Position numbers and translations under genes: made by a program. From an uncultured Pseudomonadota bacterium (GTDB taxonomy: Bacteria > Pseudomonadota > Alphaproteobacteria > RF32 > CAG-239): a stretch of DNA of 64,000 bases. The notes beneath the pieces were generated by a model. It saw only the letters and a list, made by a program, of their open reading frames with translations. It ran no database searches and had not been told where the DNA came from. The stretch spans positions 8,533 to 72,532 of the forward strand of contig CACWSG010000009.1 in the NCBI GenBank assembly GCA_902763535.1, in the 5' to 3' direction. Below, one piece after another: positions 55,143 to 62,972 of this stretch. How positions within the stretch are numbered: the stretch's first letter is position 1; every line of letters begins with the position of its first letter.

Positions 55143-55418
55143 ATGCAAAAATTATGGACAGCAGCAAAACAAATAGTTATATTTTTTACCTTGTGGGTAT
55201 TTGTTATATGGTTTAGTGCTGAGATAATTTTTGCATTGTTTAAGAATGACCAAAGTGTTTCAGAAGATGATTTGCAAGGTGCTGCCTGTATCTCTTTTAT
55301 TTTAGTTTATGCCATTATTAAGCCCATAGCTTCTCGCTATAAATTAAAATTATGGATTAAGTATATTCTATATTTTGTAATTTATACGGCTTTATTTCTT
55401 TTAATTTCTTTTATGTGA
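55143..55418 (+). CDS. Small 3-TM hypothetical protein
   Basis: ATG 10 bp after the previous stop; three hydrophobic segments. Confidence 0.65.
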   Translation: MQKLWTAAKQIVIFFTLWVFVIWFSAEIIFALFKNDQSVSEDDLQGAACISFILVYAIIKPIASRYKLKLWIKYILYFVIYTALFLLISFM

Positions 55419-55455
55419 TAGAATTTCTTGTATGATAAAACTTTTTTAAGCAAAT

Positions 55456-55488
55456 AAAAAGAAAAGGTTGCGATAATGCAACCTTTTC
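55456..55488. terminator. Intrinsic terminator
   Basis: gaaaaggttgc-gataat-gcaaccttttc. Confidence 0.8.
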
Positions 55489-55694
55489 TGATATTGGTGA
55501 GCTTTGGCGGGATAGAGCTCGCAAATGCTTTTAGCAATGCTCGCTCATCTCATCCTTTGCCGACTTTCACCGGCAAAGACTTCGATTCCGAACCAATGGC
55601 TTCTTCAGCTCTGTTGAAGCCACCAACAAAAAAACTCCCCGTGAAAGAGGAGTTTTCTCTACTGGTGATGCAAAGCTTGCAACTTGCAAGAAAA

Positions 55695-56465
55695 TTACTT
55701 GTTTTTTCCTTTTGCATATTCCGTCATTAGTGCTTTAGAAATTTTAGCTTGTTTTTGTGCAACATTTTTATGTTCCTCACGAACTTCTCCTGTTTTGATA
55801 TCTCCTGTCTTTCCTAGATGGGCTGTTTTTCTATTTTTTTTACTAAGCTTGTTTTTCAAAATTTCTGATTTTAATTGCAAATAGTCTACTCCTACTTGTT
55901 GCGGATTTGCTAACAGAGCTACAGTGTCTGCATAGCTAGAAGAAAGGAGTTCTATAATAGATTGTTTGGTATCATTATCTAACATATTTGCTTTATTCAA
56001 AACCTTAATTTTATCAACCATTTTTTCAGAGCTGAAGGATATTAATCCTTTTTCTAAATCTTGAAAATCAATCACATTATACGCAAATTTTCCTCCTGCC
56101 TTGATAACACTTTCAACATTTTGGGAAGAAAAACGACAATCTGACACAACTAAATCCAAAAAATTTAATTTTTCTTCACAATTATCTTCATAATTCCAAA
56201 ATTTTTGAGTGTCATTAACTCGAGCACCTTTTGATATATAAAAATCGACCTGTTCCGGAGATGAGGCAAAAATTACTTCTTCATTACTGAAATATTTTTC
56301 TGGAATCAATCCTTCTTTATCTAGATATTCTATTCCTTTTAATGTGCGGACTTCATTAGTTATAGATATCATATCATCATTTCCAAAATTCATCTTTTTA
56401 AATTCGTTATATTCCTCTTTATCTATCAACTTTGCGGCTTTTAAAATCATTTCTTTATCGCTCAT
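55695..56465 (-). CDS. Hypothetical protein with ankyrin-like hints and basic C-terminal tail
   Basis: 256 aa; SD GGGAG; VDFYISKGARVN and VESVIKAGG resemble ankyrin repeat ends. Confidence 0.7.
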   Translation of the reverse strand: MSDKEMILKAAKLIDKEEYNEFKKMNFGNDDMISITNEVRTLKGIEYLDKEGLIPEKYFSNEEVIFASSPEQVDFYISKGARVNDTQKFWNYEDNCEEKLNFLDLVVSDCRFSSQNVESVIKAGGKFAYNVIDFQDLEKGLISFSSEKMVDKIKVLNKANMLDNDTKQSIIELLSSSYADTVALLANPQQVGVDYLQLKSEILKNKLSKKNRKTAHLGKTGDIKTGEVREEHKNVAQKQAKISKALMTEYAKGKNK

Positions 56466-56523
56466 ATCTTTTCTCCCTGTTAAAAAGTTATTATCAATGT
56501 ATAGAATCTCTCTTTATATTTTC

Positions 56524-56555
56524 ATTATACCCCCCCCCCAGTAGACAAAAGTCAA
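56524..56555 (-). promoter_or_regulatory. Sigma70 promoter with G10 tract in the spacer
   Basis: Minus strand TTGACT-N20 (including G10 at 56530-56539)-TATAAT, about 60 bp upstream of ATG 56465. Confidence 0.7.
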
Positions 56556-56958
56556 GTATTTTCGTCAAAAAGATGAGTTTTAATTTTTACATTGTAACTC
56601 GTACGAAATTCGGTCATCAATATCAACTTTTTAATGTCCTTTATTTTTGAGCCTTTGGCGGTGGGAGAATCACTACACCACCGCAACGAGTTTAATTTTT
56701 GGGAAGTCGGCTGATGATGGACTTCCCTGTCATCATCAACCACGAAATCACTATAACACACCAACTCGTCAGCTGGCAAAATTAAAATGACTTCACGGGT
56801 ATTTATCGGGGAACGATTAAAGTTTGTAATTGCTGTAAAGTAGGGAATGTTAAAAGAATGAAAACAGGGGCTGGGACTGGAAAAAGTCGCTGTTTAAAAG
56901 TAGCACCTGTGTAGCACCAAAAAAAATAAGGGCTTTGAGAAAATCTCAAAACCCTTGA

Positions 56959-56983
56959 TTTTATTGGTGAGCCCGGCGGGATT
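56959..56983 (-). repeat. 25-bp direct repeat of the tRNA-Lys 3' end (att-like)
   Basis: ttttattggtgagcccggcgggatt is identical to 57120-57144. Confidence 0.9.
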
Positions 56984-57088
56984 ACTTCGTTCACTGCGGC
57001 AATCAGCTGATCGCTGACCGGTGCGCTGCCGCTCACCTTTGCCTTGTAGTCAAACCCACTTTTTCGTGGGTTCTTATCCCAACTTACT

Positions 57089-57127
57089 CAATAAAAAAAC
57101 CTTCCGCGAGGGAAGGTTTTTTTATTG
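57089..57127 (-). terminator. Terminator after tRNA-Lys
   Basis: Perfect 17-bp stem caataaaaaaaccttcc/ggaaggtttttttattg. Confidence 0.9.
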
Positions 57128-57201
57128 GTGAGCCCGGCGGGATTCGAACCCACGACCCTTTGATTAAAAGTCAAATGCTCTACCTACTGAGCTACGAGCC
57201 C
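57126..57201 (-). tRNA. tRNA-Lys(UUU)
   Basis: 76 nt; anticodon loop CTTTTAA, GTTCGAATC T loop, encoded CCA. Confidence 0.97.
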
Positions 57202-57342
57202 GAACTCAAAAACTAACAGCACATATAAAATATAAAAAAACGCAAGTCAATAAAAAAATAAAAAAATTTACAAATGTAAGAAATTTGTTAATAATTAGAT
57301 GATAATATAAGACAAGATTTTAGAAAAAATAGTGAGGTTGAT

Positions 57343-57666
57343 ATGGAAAACACTACTGGTAATGCTGTTGATAACGAAGGAAGCTATGAAATTTTGCAAA
57401 ATGCCAACGGCGAGATTTTGATTGTCATCAAACAGCGCCATGGCGGTCCAGAGAATCCGCGATTCGTTTATGATGGTGGTGATACTGCTTTGCTGTATCG
57501 TAGTCGCGAAAGTTCGGTTTTTTTGGGCGGAATCAATGAAGAAGCCCGCAATCCCATCAAAGTTGTGGATGAGGTTATTGTGGCTGAGATTGATGGTGAG
57601 GAGGTTGCCAGAGAATATGTGGTTCCGGTGCGGTTAGTGCGCGATCTTAAAGCTGTTTTGAATTAA
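57343..57666 (+). CDS. Hypothetical protein
   Basis: 107 aa; SD GAGG; followed by a hairpin. Confidence 0.75.
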   Translation: MENTTGNAVDNEGSYEILQNANGEILIVIKQRHGGPENPRFVYDGGDTALLYRSRESSVFLGGINEEARNPIKVVDEVIVAEIDGEEVAREYVVPVRLVRDLKAVLN

Positions 57667-57694
57667 CAGATATCTTAAATGGTTATTTTGATTG

Positions 57695-57729
57695 CAAAAT
57701 AAGAGCTTTAATCATAAGCTCTTATTTTG
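57695..57729 (+). terminator. Hairpin/terminator before the nuoL-like gene
   Basis: caaaataagagctt-taatcat-aagctcttattttg. Confidence 0.7.
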
Positions 57730-57766
57730 TATAAAACATAAAAGTCCGTTTGGGGATTGAATTAAC

Positions 57767-59377
57767 ATGATCATACATTTGTTTATTGGACTGATATTAA
57801 TTGCTGTCGCTTCGATGTTCATAACTCAAGGTAAGCGGCGAAAAATATGGTCTCTATTGCTGCTTGCTGCCTTAGGTTTGGTTTCTTGGCTGTTTATCTA
57901 CAACATCAGCATGGATGGCAACTCTAGTTTTATGTATCAATGGTTGCCGTATTCTAAGCTTCAGGCTGATTTTAGCATATCCTCTTCAGCCCGTATGCAT
58001 GGATTAGTAGCATCATTGGTTTGGTTGCTTGCCGGTGTGATAATCCTTAACATTATTGAAGTTAACGAAAGTTACTCGTTAAATATCAGTGTGCTGAATT
58101 TACTGTCTTTTGTGGCAATGATTTTGTTAATCTCGAGCCGCGATATGTTTCAACTCATGTTTGCATCAGCTTTGTTGTCGATTCTCTGTTTTTATATTCC
58201 CAGCGATGCATTCTCGAGACGAAAGCTGTTTATATACAGTTTCTTAGCTGAAATTTCTTGTTTTACAGCGCTGGCTGTTGTTTATGACACGCAGGGTTCT
58301 ATCAGTCTGTCGGCACTTAATGATTATGTTTCATCACCAATACATAAAGATTTTGTAGCGGCACTGCTTTTATTCTCTTTAGGCATAAAAAGTGGATTAT
58401 TTTTGTTAAACAACCATTACAGTTCTTTATTTTATGCTTCGATGAATCGCTTGAGCGGTATTTTTATTATGTCATTACCTTTTTCCGCATTGGTTATATT
58501 AGCAAAGCTATCGCCATTAATATCTTCTTCACATTTAATTCCTGTAATCACATACTGGCTGATTATATCGGTACTTGTCGCAGGATTAAAAGCTTTTGTT
58601 TATAGCGATTATTCCCGCAAAACAATCAATTTGTCGCAAATCGTGTATTGTGGTTTGTTTTATATTGTTTTTAAGGATAGCGCCAGACTCTACACAATTG
58701 TTCCGCAAAGCCTTATGATATTATTGTTGAGCCAGTGTCTTATTTATTACATAGGTTCTGTATGTCTTGGCGGAACAAAGAAAAATTGTGCAAAATATTG
58801 CGTCGTTTTAAGCGGAATCGGCGCTGTTACTTATCTGACAGCAGTTGTTGATGTTCCCATGTTGCTGAAATACACTTATCTGTTCATCATAGGAGTTATC
58901 GTTAAACAGCTTTTATTAGCTAAAAATGATAACACATCGGATAATGTTACTCCATCATTTCATATCATTTATTCTCTAGCCCTTATTGCAGTTTCAATAG
59001 CTACTGTTTATCTAAAGTTGGATTATGCTCAAAATTGGAACTGGAAAATTTTATTTCCTTTGATTTTGGCATTACTTGTGCCGGTAACTCTTTTAACTAA
59101 AATGGGTCAGTTGCCGTTATGGAACAAGGAAATAACCGAAAATATATATAATCACTTAATTGTGCTTCCGTTAAAATGGTTTGGGCGCATATTATGGTTG
59201 GCATTTGATTTTGTATTTATCGAAAGAGGTATAATAGCCACATCAGCTTCCGGAGAAGAGATTATGACTGAACATCTGCGTTTAATCCAAAGTCCGTCAT
59301 TTAAATCTTGGTTATTTTGGTTGTTCATCGGGATAGCCGGACTGGTCGTTTATGTAGGAGTTCACGCCTATGAATAG
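57767..59377 (+). CDS. Highly divergent NuoL-like antiporter-fold subunit
   Basis: YQWLP, SLGIKSG (TM7), C-terminal YNHLIVLP..FGRILW..FD...IE lateral-helix pattern; synteny with the M/N-like genes, birA and rnj. Confidence 0.7.
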   Translation: MIIHLFIGLILIAVASMFITQGKRRKIWSLLLLAALGLVSWLFIYNISMDGNSSFMYQWLPYSKLQADFSISSSARMHGLVASLVWLLAGVIILNIIEVNESYSLNISVLNLLSFVAMILLISSRDMFQLMFASALLSILCFYIPSDAFSRRKLFIYSFLAEISCFTALAVVYDTQGSISLSALNDYVSSPIHKDFVAALLLFSLGIKSGLFLLNNHYSSLFYASMNRLSGIFIMSLPFSALVILAKLSPLISSSHLIPVITYWLIISVLVAGLKAFVYSDYSRKTINLSQIVYCGLFYIVFKDSARLYTIVPQSLMILLLSQCLIYYIGSVCLGGTKKNCAKYCVVLSGIGAVTYLTAVVDVPMLLKYTYLFIIGVIVKQLLLAKNDNTSDNVTPSFHIIYSLALIAVSIATVYLKLDYAQNWNWKILFPLILALLVPVTLLTKMGQLPLWNKEITENIYNHLIVLPLKWFGRILWLAFDFVFIERGIIATSASGEEIMTEHLRLIQSPSFKSWLFWLFIGIAGLVVYVGVHAYE

Positions 59378-60800
59378 TCCTTTGATGATGTTATCACTGA
59401 TAGTTATAATTCCCTTTTTGGGAATGTTATTTGTTTTAACCGCTAAAGATGATGCCGAAAACAATCGCCGCAACAGCTCTGATGTTGCCGTCTTTTCAAT
59501 TTTAGCCAACATCATTATGATATGGCAGATATTTGCTTTTGTCAAAAAAGCCGGTACAAAACTGCACTTAATCGAAACCATCAGTTGGTTGAAACTTCCG
59601 GAAATAAATTTTGTTTTGGCGGCTGATAATATGTCATTATTGTTGATATTAGCTGTTCACATCATAATTTTGGCCGGAATAGTTTTTGTCAGAATGGAAG
59701 ATATTAAACAAAAGGCCATGATGGCACTGTCATTATTGTTTTTGAGCATGATTACCGGCTTGTTTATCAGCAATGATATTTTTTCATTCTTTATTTTCTT
59801 TGAAGGAATGTTACTGCCTTTGTATATGTTGATTGGCATGCATGGAGCTTTGAAGAAACAATCATTACTTAAAGGATTTTTTGTTTATAATTTTATCGGA
59901 TGCATCATATTTTTATTCGGCATTTTGTGGTTGTATAAAAGTTATGGTGCTTTCACTCCCGAACAATTCGCTCATTTAAGCTATAAAAAGAAATATGTGG
60001 TTATGATTTGGGCAATGTTCATGTCAGCTTTTATGTTTCGCATACCGATATGGCCGTTTCATTACTTTATTGCTACCATCAACACCAAAATACGCAATCC
60101 CTTGGTGTTTCTTGAGGTTTCTTTGTTGTCGCTCAGCGGTTTATACGGTTTATATCGCTTTTGGCCTAACTATATACCTTTAGAAATTTCACAACATTTT
60201 GTATGGATAAATGTCATAGGTATCTTAACCATGCTGTTTATCAGTCTTATCGGCTTTAGTAATTCTGATTCTCAATATCGTATATTTGCTTATTCAACCA
60301 TCTATTATATTATGTATTTGTTGGGCATATTCAGCCAAAACAAAGGTATTTATGCCAATTTGAACTACGCTTTATTCGGATTTTTATTGGTGCTTGGCGG
60401 CTTGGAAGTTGTCAGCTCTTATATCCGTCGTCAGGAACAGTTGTTCAGCAGTACATCACAAGGATTTTTATGCCGTGCTCACAGGCTGTCATTGGTTTAT
60501 TCGTTTTTGGTGTTTTCGGCGGTAGGTTTTCCGGTATCTTCAATGTTTACCAATAATTTTCTTATTTTATCCCAGCTGTTATCGGTGAATATTCACATGG
60601 GATCGGTATTGGTGTTGTCATGGATGTTGGTTTCTGTATCGCTTATTATAGAAATGTTAAGGCTTAAAACCGATGCTAAAGAATGTTTGTTTGGCAAGTC
60701 GGAAGATTTGCCCAAAAGCTATTTTATCTTTATGCTATTCATCATTTTCATGCTTCTTATGTCTTTTATCCATCCTTTATGGTTTGTGATAAATACCTAG
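59370..60800 (+). CDS. Divergent NuoM-like subunit
   Basis: FFIFFEGMLLPLYMLIG (TM5), RIPIWPFH (TM7), YGLYRF, AYS. Confidence 0.85.
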   Translation: MNSPLMMLSLIVIIPFLGMLFVLTAKDDAENNRRNSSDVAVFSILANIIMIWQIFAFVKKAGTKLHLIETISWLKLPEINFVLAADNMSLLLILAVHIIILAGIVFVRMEDIKQKAMMALSLLFLSMITGLFISNDIFSFFIFFEGMLLPLYMLIGMHGALKKQSLLKGFFVYNFIGCIIFLFGILWLYKSYGAFTPEQFAHLSYKKKYVVMIWAMFMSAFMFRIPIWPFHYFIATINTKIRNPLVFLEVSLLSLSGLYGLYRFWPNYIPLEISQHFVWINVIGILTMLFISLIGFSNSDSQYRIFAYSTIYYIMYLLGIFSQNKGIYANLNYALFGFLLVLGGLEVVSSYIRRQEQLFSSTSQGFLCRAHRLSLVYSFLVFSAVGFPVSSMFTNNFLILSQLLSVNIHMGSVLVLSWMLVSVSLIIEMLRLKTDAKECLFGKSEDLPKSYFIFMLFIIFMLLMSFIHPLWFVINT

Positions 60801-60822
60801 TTGAAACAAGGAGATTGCAGTT

Positions 60823-62247
60823 ATGTTGTCGCAATGGTTTATGGTTTTGCCGGAAATATTGTTGGTATCATTTGTATTGATAGCCACTTTAACCGAAAAT
60901 TATTACCAATCCAAAACTCCGAAAACATTTTTTACAATGTCACAAATTTTTATAGCTTTGGTTTTGGGGGCAACATTAGTTTTTTATAACAAGTCGGCCT
61001 TTCCGCAATTTTGGCGCAATACTCCGCTTATCACATTATTCAAATCATGTGCTTATATGCTGACTTGGGGATGGATATATTTATCATCAAAATGGTTTTT
61101 AAATAAGAATCGTCCTTCGTGTATTTTTTGCAGTTTGATTTTTATGCAGTTGTTATGGTTGGATATTTTAGCTTCATCTTCATCATTATTGACACTGGCC
61201 GTTGTTATTCCGCTAATTTTTCTGGGTAATACTTTGTTGATTACGCGGCACTGGGATTTTGATAAAGTAAAATCAACTGCTTTTAAGTATGGTTTATGCT
61301 CGGTTTTATTTTCTTTGGCTTTGTGGGTCGGTATTGCAATAATCTACCATTATTCGGGAAGTTTTAGTTACAATGAAGTACTGACATATCTAAAATCACA
61401 ACCGCATAACAATATATGGATATTGTCTTCCATTGCTGTTTTGCTGGCCGTTTTTATGTTTTTGTTAGGGTTGGTGCCATTTCATATTTGGTTGATTAGC
61501 GTTGCCTCTTCGGGAGTTTTGCCGATTTGCGGATTTTTCATATTAATACCGCAGTTGTTTTATCTTTGCGGATTTATCAATTTGGTGCGCGATTGTTTAA
61601 TGCCGTTTTATTGGTTTATCAGTCCGGTTATCCTGACCTGTGCCATCTTGTCTGTTATAATTGGTGCATTATCAGCCAATGGTGAAAAAAATTTGCGCGT
61701 TTTTTCTGCTTATTTGAGTATTTATTGTTTAGGAATGGGAGTATTGGGACTAAATGATTTTTCGGCTGCTGCAATTATAACATCATTTGCTTTTATAATC
61801 ATCGCAATTTTATCATTTGCCGGCATTTATACCGTGTTTCTTGGGCTAAAATCACACAGTGAATACTTAAGCGATATTGATGCAATTAGAGGTTTTTCTT
61901 CCTCCCGTCCATATATGTCGGCGGCTTTGATGATTTTTATGTTTTCATTTATGGGAATTGCGCCGACTTTAGGTTTTTTGGGCTATATGTCGATTATGAA
62001 TAATTTGATTATTAGCAATGATTGGTGGCGTATCGGCATATTGATTTGCGGTATGTTGATGGTAGCCAAAGCTTGTCTTGACATAATCAAAGCAGTTTAT
62101 TTTGAACAAAAACAACATAGTTATGATCGTCCGGACAAGTCCATCTATATTTGCTTGTTTTTAAATATGTCGGTTATTTTATTATCGTTGTTTAATCCTA
62201 ATTGGTTGATGCATAATGCGGTTATGATTTTAGGAGGACTCAATTAA
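60823..62247 (+). CDS. Divergent NuoN-like subunit
   Basis: LPEI, TAFKY, LVPFHIW, FSFMGIAPTLGF, IKAVYF. Confidence 0.82.
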   Translation: MLSQWFMVLPEILLVSFVLIATLTENYYQSKTPKTFFTMSQIFIALVLGATLVFYNKSAFPQFWRNTPLITLFKSCAYMLTWGWIYLSSKWFLNKNRPSCIFCSLIFMQLLWLDILASSSSLLTLAVVIPLIFLGNTLLITRHWDFDKVKSTAFKYGLCSVLFSLALWVGIAIIYHYSGSFSYNEVLTYLKSQPHNNIWILSSIAVLLAVFMFLLGLVPFHIWLISVASSGVLPICGFFILIPQLFYLCGFINLVRDCLMPFYWFISPVILTCAILSVIIGALSANGEKNLRVFSAYLSIYCLGMGVLGLNDFSAAAIITSFAFIIIAILSFAGIYTVFLGLKSHSEYLSDIDAIRGFSSSRPYMSAALMIFMFSFMGIAPTLGFLGYMSIMNNLIISNDWWRIGILICGMLMVAKACLDIIKAVYFEQKQHSYDRPDKSIYICLFLNMSVILLSLFNPNWLMHNAVMILGGLN

Positions 62248-62957
62248 TGTCGGATAAAAAAATCGGAGCTTGGCATTGGTTTGATTTTGCGAAGCTAGAT
62301 TCTACCAACAACTATGCCCTGTCTCAAGCATCAAGCCTCTCATCATCGCAAAAAATTCTCTACACTGCGCAAATGCAAACATCAGGACGGGGAAGGCGAG
62401 GGCGTTCTTGGGATTCTCCTTTAGGCAACCTTTACTTCAGTCAATTGTTTTTTTCTCCCTTATCACCGGTAGAGATAGTTTATATTACCGCTTTAAGCGT
62501 TGTTCAAACCATTAAAAAAATCACTGATAAGCTTGTTCCGCAAATCAAATGGCCTAATGATATTTTAATTAACGATTGCAAAATCGGCGGAATTTTGATT
62601 GAAAAGAGTAAAGAAGGAGCCTATATCGTCGGGGTTGGCATCAATTTGATTTCATCGCCCAAACAGAATACTGTTTATCCGGCAGCATCATTGCGTGATT
62701 TTGAAATTGATATAAATCGGGATGATTTTCTCAAATTATACTTGGCGGCATTTGAAGATAATTTATCACAAAGTTTTACTGCGATTAAAAATAATTTTCT
62801 CGCCAACGCTTATAAATTGCATCAAAATATTACTATCGGACTTGGCGATAAAAAAATCAGCGGTCAATTTATAGGTATTGACGAAAATGGTTTTTTGTTG
62901 TTAAAACAAGAGGAAAACACTTTAGTAATTAATACCGGAGAAATTTTGTTCTCTTAA
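62247..62957 (+). CDS. birA: Biotin--protein ligase (monofunctional)
   Basis: DSTN, QTSGRGRRGRSWDSP.GNLY, IKWPND, KIGGILIE. Confidence 0.95.
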   Translation: MSDKKIGAWHWFDFAKLDSTNNYALSQASSLSSSQKILYTAQMQTSGRGRRGRSWDSPLGNLYFSQLFFSPLSPVEIVYITALSVVQTIKKITDKLVPQIKWPNDILINDCKIGGILIEKSKEGAYIVGVGINLISSPKQNTVYPAASLRDFEIDINRDDFLKLYLAAFEDNLSQSFTAIKNNFLANAYKLHQNITIGLGDKKISGQFIGIDENGFLLLKQEENTLVINTGEILFS

Positions 62958-62972
62958 AAAATGAGATAAAAA

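Larger units (their letters stand above)
51709..57125. mobile_element. Accessory region or island remnant between rpsI and tRNA-Lys (no integrase)
   Basis: Very AT-rich orphan genes, duplicated terminator, several tRNA 3'-end copies, tandem arm-like repeats. Confidence 0.6.

Noticed and set aside
55476-55730. 84-aa ORF over the hairpin unit (also ORFs 56552-56779 and 56803-57036)
   Set aside because: They overlap terminators, a promoter and tRNA-derived repeats and have no clear SD; more likely non-coding.
56650-56775. Retron msr-msd or DGR interpretation of the structured element
   Set aside because: No reverse transcriptase in the window and no template/variable repeat pair.
60801-60989. 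62-aa ORF suggesting a frameshift at the nuoN-like start
   Set aside because: The 60823-62247 frame is complete with its own N-terminal LPEI motif, so this is a shadow ORF.
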